This document shows, one piece after another, positions 10,653 to 19,610 of a DNA stretch of 64,000 nucleotides. Source of the stretch: an uncultured Candidatus Babeliaceae bacterium (GTDB lineage Bacteria; Babelota; Babeliae; Babelales; Babelaceae). The DNA lies in NCBI GenBank assembly GCA_963704655.1, contig OY969927.1, positions 576,001 to 640,000 on the forward strand, written 5' to 3'. Positions within the stretch are counted from its first letter, which is position 1, and every line of letters begins with the position of its first letter. The position numbers and the translations under genes were made by a program. The notes under the pieces were generated by a model. That model did not search any database. It worked only from the letters and a program-made list of their open reading frames with translations, and had not been told where the DNA came from.

Positions 10653-10892
10653 ATGAACAACACAAAATATATAATAATCGTGCTCTGTTTAATGACAACA
10701 GGGGTTATTTTTCCCATAAGCAAAAAAATGGAAACCTTCAGAAGTAAACTTCCTAGACTTATTATTTATGAATATAAAGATAATTTATATGGGAAATTGC
10801 TTATGGTCGTTAATAAGCAAAAAACTAATAAGCGAATTTATCCAGAAGTAAGTTTTAACTCTTTTGAAGCATTATTAAACAGCTTGGAATAA
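10653..10892 (+). CDS. Small hypothetical exported protein
   Basis: 79 aa with signal-like N-terminus, fills murD-ftsW gap. Confidence 0.5.
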   Translation: MNNTKYIIIVLCLMTTGVIFPISKKMETFRSKLPRLIIYEYKDNLYGKLLMVVNKQKTNKRIYPEVSFNSFEALLNSLE

Positions 10893-10935
10893 AATCGATT
10901 GACTTCATACTATCTAGATTTTTATGATCTAAAGT

Positions 10936-12042
10936 ATGAAAAGCCATACACGTGTATTATTTATTTTTCTCTTGTGCGTAGCGCTGCTGACCTGCATCGG
11001 CTTTATCTTTATTTATTCCTCAAGTTCTGCATATGCATTAGAACGCTATCAAGACGGTCTTTTCTATGCGAAAAAACAGTTTCTTGGACTTATTTTAGGT
11101 ATAATCGGTGGCCTAATATTATCGATTATCCCCTTAAACTTTCTGAAAAATGCGGCGCCCTATCTGTTTCTGTGTGCACTGTGCGCAACAGCTGCAACAT
11201 TGTTGCCCTATGTCGGCGTATCGATCCATGGCTCACACCGGTGGCTTTCTCTTGCAGGGTTTTCTTTTCAGCCGAGTGAATTTTTAAAAATATTTTTTAT
11301 CTTGTATTGTGCGTACTTTTTAGAAAAGAAACAGTTTTCATTACATGCCATTAAACATTACATGCAACTACTTATTGTCATAAGTATCACAGCGGGGATA
11401 CTGTTATTGCAGCCAGATTTTGGACAGATGGTGACGTTGAGCTTAACAGCAGTTTTATTATTTTTCTTAGCCCAAGTACCGATCATATATTTAGCTATTA
11501 CCGGCATTCCTGTTTTACCAATTCTGGGACTACTTGTTTATCTTAAACCCTATCGTTTCCATAGAATTTTAATTTATCAAAACCCATGGAAAGATCCACA
11601 GGGTGCAGGTTTTCAAATTATACAATCTCTGATTGCTATCGGCTCTGGCGGCTGGACCGGCGTTGGAATTGCACAATCAAAACAGAAATTCTTTTATTTA
11701 CCGATGCACCATACAGATTTTATTTTTTCAATTATTGCCGAAGAGACAGGATTTTTAGGTGTTACATTTTTGATTAGTATTTATTGTATCTTTTTATTTA
11801 CCGGCTTTAAACTTGCATCGTATATGAAGGAACAGTTTTCATTTTTATGCATAGCAGGTATCGTTACCCTGATTACATTACAAACTATTATTAATATCGG
11901 CGTTGCATGCGCATTGCTGCCTACCAAAGGAATCGGGCTGCCCTTTATTAGCTATGGTGCATCATCACTACTTGCACATTTATGCATGATCGGCGTTATT
12001 TGCAATTGCGTAAAAAGCAACCGTTCCCTTCGTATTCATTAA
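10936..12042 (+). CDS. ftsW: SEDS peptidoglycan polymerase FtsW
   Basis: G..RW, FQPSEF.K, QPDFG, GFQIIQSLIAIGSGG, HTDFIF.IIAEE, LPFISYG. Confidence 0.92.
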   Translation: MKSHTRVLFIFLLCVALLTCIGFIFIYSSSSAYALERYQDGLFYAKKQFLGLILGIIGGLILSIIPLNFLKNAAPYLFLCALCATAATLLPYVGVSIHGSHRWLSLAGFSFQPSEFLKIFFILYCAYFLEKKQFSLHAIKHYMQLLIVISITAGILLLQPDFGQMVTLSLTAVLLFFLAQVPIIYLAITGIPVLPILGLLVYLKPYRFHRILIYQNPWKDPQGAGFQIIQSLIAIGSGGWTGVGIAQSKQKFFYLPMHHTDFIFSIIAEETGFLGVTFLISIYCIFLFTGFKLASYMKEQFSFLCIAGIVTLITLQTIINIGVACALLPTKGIGLPFISYGASSLLAHLCMIGVICNCVKSNRSLRIH

Positions 12043-13175
12043 TCAACTTCACTAAATGGTTCATATTGCGCAGAAGGCTCAACTGCTTTAGCGGAAATTA
12101 ATGGTTTTCTATGCTCAACGGGAGAATATCTTCTTAGTGGGCGCGTTAATCTTAATGTTTCAGTAGGCTTAGGGTTTTCTGCCTGCCGGCTTGCACGCTC
12201 AAAAAAGAAAAGATACGACTGAAACCTCTGCCGAAATGCGCCTTGGGGCTCGCCTTGAAGAATGTTGCCTAAGCGCCCTTCATTAATTGGCTCAATATGC
12301 GAATCATTACACAAGTACCACTGATTACCATAACGGCTTACTGCAATATAATGGCCCCCCTTTAAAGAAGATCCAGAATGCAAAACAGCCCCAATTAATG
12401 AATACCAATACTTAGTAGACGAGTCATCTTTTTTAGACAGATAAAATTGATGGGTTAATGACCATATGGGAATCATATGCTTTTCAAGCATCTCATTAAC
12501 TCGAGGTGCTGTTACCACTAAAATCTCTGAAGCCTGGTTAAAATTATTCTCTTCGCTCATAATGAACGAGCCCATTTTTCCAGCAGGGTTTGTGCCTTCA
12601 ACCGTAGCTTTTTTTGATACAGAGAAAAAACTTTTTATTAACGTTTCTATTGCCGTTCCTTGTTCACGTTTTTCTACAGGCACATAATCAAAAGGTATAT
12701 TTAAATGAAATAATCCATACTCTCTATTATCTACTTCAACCCTATCAAAAACTTTTTTATAGGTATACCCTATTTTAAATAAATTTGTTAATGCTGGCTT
12801 TGGATAAAGATGGTCAATAAATTTTATAAAAAATTCTTCTGCATCCTGTTGTCGGCCAACTTCATTAAATATATTTGTATTTACAAGATTCACTAATTCT
12901 GCTGGAGCAATAGAACTTTCAGAAGTAGAACTATACTGCTTAATCAAACTCTGCAATGCTTGCGTAAAATTTTTATCAATCGAATTATCCCCTTCACCTG
13001 GCTCATAAGAAAGAACTGTATCGCGAAAAGATTTAGTCGCAAACAAACATTGCAACGTAGAGTTCAAATAACAGGTATTTCCAAGATTATTAAAACCCTT
13101 AGGCATATTGAGCAGTTCAGATGAATAACTTACCTGAACTGTGCATAATAACATAAAAAATATAATTTTTTTCAT
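12039..13175 (-). CDS. Secreted ubiquitin-specific protease (peptidase C19/USP) deubiquitinase
   Basis: Cys box GFNNLGNTCYLNSTLQCL, QQDAEEF, His box YSLIGAVLHSG...GGHY, WYLCNDS; signal peptide. Confidence 0.9.
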   Translation of the reverse strand: MKKIIFFMLLCTVQVSYSSELLNMPKGFNNLGNTCYLNSTLQCLFATKSFRDTVLSYEPGEGDNSIDKNFTQALQSLIKQYSSTSESSIAPAELVNLVNTNIFNEVGRQQDAEEFFIKFIDHLYPKPALTNLFKIGYTYKKVFDRVEVDNREYGLFHLNIPFDYVPVEKREQGTAIETLIKSFFSVSKKATVEGTNPAGKMGSFIMSEENNFNQASEILVVTAPRVNEMLEKHMIPIWSLTHQFYLSKKDDSSTKYWYSLIGAVLHSGSSLKGGHYIAVSRYGNQWYLCNDSHIEPINEGRLGNILQGEPQGAFRQRFQSYLFFFERASRQAENPKPTETLRLTRPLRRYSPVEHRKPLISAKAVEPSAQYEPFSEVD

Positions 13176-13261
13176 AGCGCCCCCGAATAAAATTTTATTT
13201 ACTATTTATAATTATAACCTGAATAATATTTTTTTAGCTAGAAATAATAAAAAGTGCTCAA

Positions 13262-13293
13262 ATATAAAGGCCCCAAATTTGGGGCCTTTATAT
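13262..13293. terminator. Perfect 32-bp palindrome, probable terminator
   Basis: ATATAAAGGCCCCAAATTTGGGGCCTTTATAT downstream of the 13348 gene. Confidence 0.6.
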
Positions 13294-13347
13294 CTTAAAG
13301 AATCTTATAAATTAAGCTTCTACTGAAGAATCGGTATCTTGCGGAGC

Positions 13348-13761
13348 CTACGGCATAGGACAAACTTCTTGTGGTGCAGCAGCAGCTTCTATTTTTTCTG
13401 CTACTTCAGCAGCATTAACTTGTGCATTTAAAGCTGCCTGAATTTCAAGTTTTCTTGCAAGAGATGCTGATATAATTTTTTCAAAAAAAGATATAAAACT
13501 TCCGCAGACCTTACTGTTTGCTGCCAGATCTTCACATCTTTTCAATGTCCCCTTACGAAGATCTAAGAAAGCTTGTACTTTTTCATCGAGCTCTAAAGGA
13601 TTAGTAATTTGGGCTATCTCTTTTGCTTGCACTTCAGCTTGAGCTCTTATCATTATTTCAACAGCTTCTTCAGGCGTAGCTATATAGATTGTTAATCTTT
13701 CCTGCTCAGAGTAAGCAATGTTCTTAGAAAGTAACAATAAACCTAATAATAATTTTTTCAT
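13348..13761 (-). CDS. Secreted hypothetical protein (paralogue of 13828)
   Basis: MKKLLLGLL signal; C..VCGSFISF motif shared with neighbour. Confidence 0.7.
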   Translation of the reverse strand: MKKLLLGLLLLSKNIAYSEQERLTIYIATPEEAVEIMIRAQAEVQAKEIAQITNPLELDEKVQAFLDLRKGTLKRCEDLAANSKVCGSFISFFEKIISASLARKLEIQAALNAQVNAAEVAEKIEAAAAPQEVCPMP

Positions 13762-13827
13762 AAAAACTTTCTACAATTAAAATGCGTTGTATATAAAAAG
13801 GGGGCACATCTTAGGGCCCTAAAAAAT

Positions 13828-14364
13828 CTATATTAATGTTTCTACTTGAGCAGCTTTTTCAGCAGCAGTCTTTGCAGCTTCAATGGCATCAGCAATAACA
13901 GTTGTATCTACTACAGCTTCTGCTTTTGCTTCTAAATCAACAAAATCAGTTTCTGAAGTGGTCTCAACCGCAGCTACTACTGATTCAGTAACTACAGGCT
14001 CATGTGTTTGAGCTAATGCTGCGCCAAGTTCATTTTTACGTTCTTCTGAAACGGTAATCAATCCTTGTACAAATGCAATAAATTCATCACAAACTGCAGG
14101 AACCCCACTTTGTGTACGACAATTGGCTGAAGCATCCTGCTCTATTAATTTCAACAGAGCAAGTCTTTTTTCATTCACATGTGCGTCACTACTTTTAATC
14201 GCAGATACATATTGTCCATGCAGCGCTTCTAGAGCGTTTTGCACTCCATTTTTCATCGATAAACCCATCAAAACACCAGCGGGGTTAAAAAGTCCAGGAT
14301 TAATCTCAATGTTGCAAAAAACTGAATTTGTAACAAACAATAAACCTAACAATATTTTTTTCAT
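13828..14364 (-). CDS. Secreted hypothetical protein (paralogue of 13348)
   Basis: MKKILLGLL signal; C..VCDEFIAF; Ala/Glu-rich tail. Confidence 0.7.
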   Translation of the reverse strand: MKKILLGLLFVTNSVFCNIEINPGLFNPAGVLMGLSMKNGVQNALEALHGQYVSAIKSSDAHVNEKRLALLKLIEQDASANCRTQSGVPAVCDEFIAFVQGLITVSEERKNELGAALAQTHEPVVTESVVAAVETTSETDFVDLEAKAEAVVDTTVIADAIEAAKTAAEKAAQVETLI

Positions 14365-14402
14365 AAGAAGCCTTTCTTAAAAGTTAATATATATTTGCAA
14401 AG

Positions 14403-15929
14403 TTATTCAAAATGCATAAGAAAATCGATAAACAGACGTACACCAAAACCGGTTGCCCCAGGACGATAATAACTCATATCAGGAACATTAAACGAAGTAC
14501 CTGCAATATCCAAATGTACCCATGGCGTTTCACCCACAAAATTTTGTAAGAAAAATCCTGCAGTAATTGCACCAGCTTTATATGTTTCATTACCAATGTT
14601 ACACATATCAGCTATATGCGAACGAACAGCACGTTTATAATCTTCATGAAAAGGAAGACGCCATAGGCGGTCGCCTGAACGCTGAGATGCTATTGTAAGT
14701 TTATCTACTATCTCATCATGATTACTCATCATACCCGCAAAGAAAGGTCCTAAAGCCGCGGCACATGAACCAGTAAGCGTTGCGACGTTAATAATCATGT
14801 CTGGCTTATAATGTTTAACGGCATAAGAAAGCGCATCTGCAAGAATTAAACGGCCTTCTGCATCAGTATTTTTAACTTCAGCGGTCATGCCATTATAAAA
14901 CGTTACGATATCACCCGGTTTAACAGCGGTCCCTGAAGGCATATTTTCTGCAATTGGGGTAATGCCGATAACATTAACACGTGGTTTTAAATGTGAAATT
15001 GCTTCCATAGTTGATATAACTGCAGCTGCACCGGCCATGTCATCTTTCATTTCATCCATGCGTGATGCTGGCTTAATACTAATGCCACCTGAGTCAAAAG
15101 TGATGCCCTTACCAGTAAGAACTATAGTTGGAGCATCTTTATGTTCTGTATGGTACTCGATTGCAACAAAACGGCATTCCTGCACAGAGCCTGCTGCAAC
15201 TGCAGCAAGACCGCCCATGCCCATTTTCTTTACTGTCGGCTCATCATAAACGGTTATTTTTAAATTATGAACCTGCGCAATGCGAACTGCATGCTCAGCA
15301 AGAATTTTAGGAGTCAAAACATCTGCTGGCAAATCACACCATTGACGGGCCTGATTTACTGCATGACCGATTCGTTGACCAAATTCTAAGCCAACTGACA
15401 TTTGATCATGTAAAATCTCAGAAGCACAAAGTATTATTTCTATATCGCGCGTTGATTTATTTGCTGGATCAGTAATAAACTGGTCAAAATGATACGCTGC
15501 CATCATGAAAACAGAGACCAACTCTTTAGTTAATTCAAATTCATTGATTCCAAACCAGTGATGATCTGGCATTAAAACTGCTACTCGTGCAGCTTTTACG
15601 CTTTCAGCAGCTCGAATAACTAAACCCGTAGCACGACGTGCGTATTCTAAACGATCAGTAGCAGATTTTTTTTCTGAACCTAATCCAACCAACAGTAGTG
15701 ATACCGGTTTATTGCTACGAATGGCGGCCAAAAGCAGCTGGCTACCTGCAGCCCCAGTAAAATTACGGTTTTTAATGACTTCATGCAAAGGCGCATACAG
15801 CGTTGAAAAATCTTTAAGTAAATTTTCAAGAAGGGTACTCTCTGAAAGAGCATTTTGGGGACAAAAGCCAACATACAAGTCAGCATCATGCCCTACTATA
15901 TGTTGATTTGCCAGTTTAAAGTTAAGCAT
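14403..15929 (-). CDS. pepA: Leucyl aminopeptidase (M17)
   Basis: GKGITFDSGG, MKDDMAG, NTDAEGRL, HLDIAG. Confidence 0.95.
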   Translation of the reverse strand: MLNFKLANQHIVGHDADLYVGFCPQNALSESTLLENLLKDFSTLYAPLHEVIKNRNFTGAAGSQLLLAAIRSNKPVSLLLVGLGSEKKSATDRLEYARRATGLVIRAAESVKAARVAVLMPDHHWFGINEFELTKELVSVFMMAAYHFDQFITDPANKSTRDIEIILCASEILHDQMSVGLEFGQRIGHAVNQARQWCDLPADVLTPKILAEHAVRIAQVHNLKITVYDEPTVKKMGMGGLAAVAAGSVQECRFVAIEYHTEHKDAPTIVLTGKGITFDSGGISIKPASRMDEMKDDMAGAAAVISTMEAISHLKPRVNVIGITPIAENMPSGTAVKPGDIVTFYNGMTAEVKNTDAEGRLILADALSYAVKHYKPDMIINVATLTGSCAAALGPFFAGMMSNHDEIVDKLTIASQRSGDRLWRLPFHEDYKRAVRSHIADMCNIGNETYKAGAITAGFFLQNFVGETPWVHLDIAGTSFNVPDMSYYRPGATGFGVRLFIDFLMHFE

Positions 15930-16014
15930 ACAAGTTCTTTCTTTAGTTAGAATTATTGCATCAACTAGTATACCAAAACTTAACCAAAAAGAACGTGCTT
16001 AAAATTAATTCCCA

Positions 16015-16070
16015 ACACTTCGACTTCGCTCAGTGTGAGCGGCCGCTCGTGGTGAGCGAAGTCGAACCAT
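16015..16070. repeat. REP-like family A inverted doublet
   Basis: ACACT-TCGA-CTTCG-CTC-AGTGT-GAGCGG followed by a reverse-orientation copy CCGCTC-GTGGT-GAG-CGAAG-TCGA-ACCAT. Confidence 0.8.
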
Positions 16071-16086
16071 GCGGCCTGACAAATAA

Positions 16087-16737
16087 TTAATTAGGTAATC
16101 TTCTAAAACCCATACCGAAACTATAACCGCTGACGGCCATGCCATACCCAAGAGGCGGCTCACCACCCATAACACCATAATACCCTGCGGCATACCACGA
16201 TGGCCTACTAAGCGGGTCTTGATGTGGAGCATTGCACGGGCAATAACGTTCTTTTTTTTGACAACATTGACCATTTTTACAACTACTAAGTGTCTCGCCG
16301 CCTGAATTTTTAATATAAGAAATAAGTTGCTGTTCTGATGGCGATCCTGTTAAATAATCGTAACTTACCACCATGCCATCGATAAAGACAATAAACGTAT
16401 CTGGGCTTTTCAGTGACAAAAAATCTTTAATATTTTTAATGCGATAACGTGATGAATCGATGGTCATAAAATGCACATCTGCTGCGCGAAACTCAGGATA
16501 ACAACTGACATTAAAGAATCTTTTTTTATTACTATGGTAAACAGGCCTGCGCTCAGGGCACTGCTCTGCTTGAGCATGCCGACAGCCGTCATAAATATAT
16601 GCTACGGTAATTTTATGATCAGCGGCTCTATCAAAAAAACGGCCTTGCGTCCGTATCTGTTCTGCATGTAACGCACCATAGACAATCAATAACGCGCATA
16701 CTAATACTATCAAAAAAATATGTAATCTGTATTTCAC
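16087..16737 (-). CDS. Secreted hypothetical protein, possible thioredoxin-like fold with Gly/Tyr-rich tail
   Basis: Signal peptide; VAYIYDGC...FMTID...PDTFIVFIDG pattern; GTG start overlaps upstream stop. Confidence 0.6.
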   Translation of the reverse strand: MKYRLHIFLIVLVCALLIVYGALHAEQIRTQGRFFDRAADHKITVAYIYDGCRHAQAEQCPERRPVYHSNKKRFFNVSCYPEFRAADVHFMTIDSSRYRIKNIKDFLSLKSPDTFIVFIDGMVVSYDYLTGSPSEQQLISYIKNSGGETLSSCKNGQCCQKKERYCPCNAPHQDPLSRPSWYAAGYYGVMGGEPPLGYGMAVSGYSFGMGFRRLPN

Positions 16738-17831
16738 AAAACCTCCTTATGGACAAAGGGATCATCCATATCTTCAACAATTTTTGCAGTAACTTTATTT
16801 TTTAACACATCATCTAAGAAATTCTTTATAAATGAACGAACCTTATGAGTATATTTTTCTGGGTTATAGAAAAACGAATCAAAATGATTGCGCCCACTAG
16901 TAAGCCATAAGCGTTTATAGCCAGGCTTATTAACATAAATAGAACGAACGGCTTCAACAGGCGCTTTATCATCATTTTTGCAAGTAATGAAAAAAGTAGG
17001 AACGGTAACTTTTTTTATCTCTTGAACGGTATTAGACGGCAATATGCAGGTAGCAATATCATGGGTCCCGACATGAGCAACCGTTTTGAGCGCAAGTTTT
17101 ACCATAGCTTGTATTGAAGGGTTGTAGGCATATTTCTTTAATAACCCACGCCCTGGAAGACCATACTGATAACCACCTATTGAAAAAGTAAGCTGCTCAA
17201 TAAGCCTATGAATAACCATTTCTGTTGAATCAAAAGGGCAATCAAGAATAAGAGCAGAGAACATATCCGGGTGTTGAGCTTGCGCTAAAATCGCAGTTAC
17301 CGCACCCATAGAAAATCCATACGCTATAAGAGGCAACCTTGCCAACTCGAGGTTATTTTTAACAAATGCTACAGCACCTTCAAGATCGAGTACTTCATTA
17401 ACACCAAAAGAACTACATTGATCTTCGATATTTTCACCATGAGCTCTAAAATCAAAAACCATAACATTATAATCATAGAATATGCTTCGTAAAAAACTGA
17501 CATCATTTTTATTACACATAAAACCATGACAAATGACTATCGTCGCCCGTGCACCTGGGCGCGTAACCAGAATCCCCTTACGTAAAATCATTTTTTCAGA
17601 ACCACGCGCTTCAGGAACGGTAAAAACAATCTGTTCAACTTTACCGTTATTATGATACTTTTTGAGCTTTGACTGTTTTTTTATGTCATAATCTTCTTTG
17701 TCTTTGCAATCTGGTGATGCTATAGAACGAGTATAAATATTTTTTATATCAAGATAAAAACGCATACCAACGCCAATAAAGATAACTGTTGCACATGTTA
17801 AAAATATCATGAGTAATATTTTTTTATTCAT
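16734..17831 (-). CDS. Alpha/beta hydrolase, N-terminally anchored
   Basis: ICHGF, FDFRAHG, nucleophile GFSMG, D..AP, NH. Confidence 0.88.
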   Translation of the reverse strand: MNKKILLMIFLTCATVIFIGVGMRFYLDIKNIYTRSIASPDCKDKEDYDIKKQSKLKKYHNNGKVEQIVFTVPEARGSEKMILRKGILVTRPGARATIVICHGFMCNKNDVSFLRSIFYDYNVMVFDFRAHGENIEDQCSSFGVNEVLDLEGAVAFVKNNLELARLPLIAYGFSMGAVTAILAQAQHPDMFSALILDCPFDSTEMVIHRLIEQLTFSIGGYQYGLPGRGLLKKYAYNPSIQAMVKLALKTVAHVGTHDIATCILPSNTVQEIKKVTVPTFFITCKNDDKAPVEAVRSIYVNKPGYKRLWLTSGRNHFDSFFYNPEKYTHKVRSFIKNFLDDVLKNKVTAKIVEDMDDPFVHKEVL

Positions 17832-18487
17832 AGTCTGCCTTTTCTTTGTGGGTAAGAAAAATTAAACGATTCATAGAATTTAAGCTGTTTATCATAGACC
17901 CGTAATAGCTCATTAACCTTTGTTTGGGGTTGATTATACATATTACCCGGCATAGGCGCCCAAAACCTACTTGCTTTAGTAATAGCGCCCATAATATTAC
18001 TTTTTAAAATCTCATCCATGGCACCAGAGACCACTAATAAAAATACAGCGGCAAGATCTTGATTAACAGGACTGAAATCCCGCAACTCTATACGACTTTT
18101 GACCCAATCCCACGTTTTTTGTAAAAACATATATCTACCTGCGGCCGTAGCGCAAATAATACGATCACCTACCGGATTACAACATCGCACTCTTGGGTGG
18201 TCCTTAAAAGAAGCTAATTTTCCATTATTACAAAAACTTATACGGTATTGATCGGTAGAAATTCTTACTTCAGGATGGTACGAAGTTCCTTCACCATGGG
18301 CCAAAAGATCAAGAAATGCCTTAACTCGAATATCTTTTGATAATATAATAAGGCTGGTTTTATCTGTTGCGATAACAGGCGCCACAGGCTTTATGGGCGA
18401 ATAATTTAATGGCTTTGCCCTCTGAGCCTGCACAAAGCCCGACATAACAATTACAAGTACTGAATATTTTAAAATTAACTTTTCCAT
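17828..18487 (-). CDS. Lambda-type lysozyme/muramidase with signal peptide
   Basis: AFLDLLAHGEGT, TAAGRYMFL..TW, DFSP.NQD, WAPMPG..Y.Q. Confidence 0.85.
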   Translation of the reverse strand: MEKLILKYSVLVIVMSGFVQAQRAKPLNYSPIKPVAPVIATDKTSLIILSKDIRVKAFLDLLAHGEGTSYHPEVRISTDQYRISFCNNGKLASFKDHPRVRCCNPVGDRIICATAAGRYMFLQKTWDWVKSRIELRDFSPVNQDLAAVFLLVVSGAMDEILKSNIMGAITKASRFWAPMPGNMYNQPQTKVNELLRVYDKQLKFYESFNFSYPQRKGRL

Positions 18488-18770
18488 ATGCTACCTTACC
18501 CTTTTTACAGGTAAGCCTTTACATTACTTAGGTTTCTACTAGTAGCATACAATATTTTTAATTCATTTTGTAATAATTATTTAAATTTAGTTAATCAAGC
18601 AAGCAAATAAAGAGATATTTAAGGATATTAAAAATAGCATTGCCTCATAAATCTGCCCACTGTTATATTTATTATGTAAAAAAACCTTTTATTAAGACGC
18701 TTTATGAGAAATTTTTTCTTTTTTGCCCCATTTTTTCTTAATCTTGTTATAGCCTTGCAAGGCAACAACA

Positions 18771-19079
18771 ATGAATCCCCAAGTATTAGTAAATAATAGC
18801 TACCAATCATTAAATTTTATTATTTATGGGCTGATGAGAAAACGAATTATAAATCTTAAGCCAGGAGAAAGCTACAATGTTCCAAAAAACAGCCTCATAT
18901 TCCTGAACAAATTTGCCAAAATACAAGTCGATCGCCCGAAAGCAGATTTATCCCTTACCATAAAATTTCCTAGCTTATCCGAGGCTACAAATCCATTTCA
19001 TTATGTAATAAGAAATAGAACCACACTGGGAATTGCAGGTTTTAATGAATTTGGATTATATATTTGGGAATTTGCATAA
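18771..19079 (+). CDS. Hypothetical protein (possibly 5'-frameshifted)
   Basis: 102-aa ORF; an out-of-frame signal-like ORF starts at 18704. Confidence 0.45.
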   Translation: MNPQVLVNNSYQSLNFIIYGLMRKRIINLKPGESYNVPKNSLIFLNKFAKIQVDRPKADLSLTIKFPSLSEATNPFHYVIRNRTTLGIAGFNEFGLYIWEFA

Positions 19080-19180
19080 CAGCAAGATTCAGATTAATAA
19101 GCTCAAAAGTTGCCATTTTAAAAGGCAAGCTTATTATACTATAACGAAATAACGTCTTTAATATCAGGAAATTTATCGGA

Positions 19181-19298
19181 TCCGACCTTCGTTTATCCAT
19201 GCCTTCCTACTACGCTAAAGCTTCGTAGGACAGGTCCGGCCCTGTACTTCGTAGCTACGTAAGTAGCGAAGTAGTATTGACAAACTTCGGTGGACAGG
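19181..19298. repeat. Nested cluster of three REP-like family B hairpins
   Basis: Outer TCCGACC-TTC-GTTT...AAAC-TTC-GGTGGA-CAGG encloses TCCTAC-TAC-GCTAAAGC-TTC-GTAGGA-CAGG and a reverse-strand copy. Confidence 0.75.
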
Positions 19299-19304
19299 CG
19301 GTCG

Positions 19305-19535
19305 CTATTGAACTGCAACAACGTCTTTGATAGTAGGGAATTTCTCTGAAAGTCGATCTAGGATACCCATTTTTAGGGTCATAAAAGAATAAGGGCATGA
19401 TACACATGCCCCTAAAAACTTAATTGTCACAACGCCATTAACAAAACTAACAAACTCAATATCGCCGCCATCTTTTTTTATAAGTGGCCGAATATCTTGT
19501 TCGATTACTGCTTTAATGTCGTTGTCCATAGTCAT
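19305..19535 (-). CDS. NifU C-terminal domain (Nfu-type Fe-S carrier)
   Basis: IRP.I..DGGDIE...GACVSCPYS..TLK.GI. Confidence 0.9.
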   Translation of the reverse strand: MTMDNDIKAVIEQDIRPLIKKDGGDIEFVSFVNGVVTIKFLGACVSCPYSFMTLKMGILDRLSEKFPTIKDVVAVQ

Positions 19536-19562
19536 AAAATACCTAACTCTTGCCAGTCCCCA

Positions 19563-19602
19563 ACCCTTCGACTACGCTCAGGGCGAGCGGCCGGTGGTGG
19601 AG
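19563..19602. repeat. REP-like family A copy plus remnant of inverted partner
   Basis: ACCCT-TCGA-CTACG-CTC-AGGGC-GAGCGG-CCGGTGGTGGAG. Confidence 0.75.
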
Positions 19603-19610
19603 TAAGATTA

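Noticed and set aside
16005-16274. 89-aa ORF from the track
   Set aside because: Alternative frame over the 16087 gene that reads through the REP doublet
17828-18487. Prophage lysis cassette
   Set aside because: No holin, spanin, structural or integrase genes nearby; the protein has its own signal peptide
19181-19298. tRNA or structured RNA gene
   Set aside because: No cloverleaf or T-arm consensus; explained by nested family B repeats
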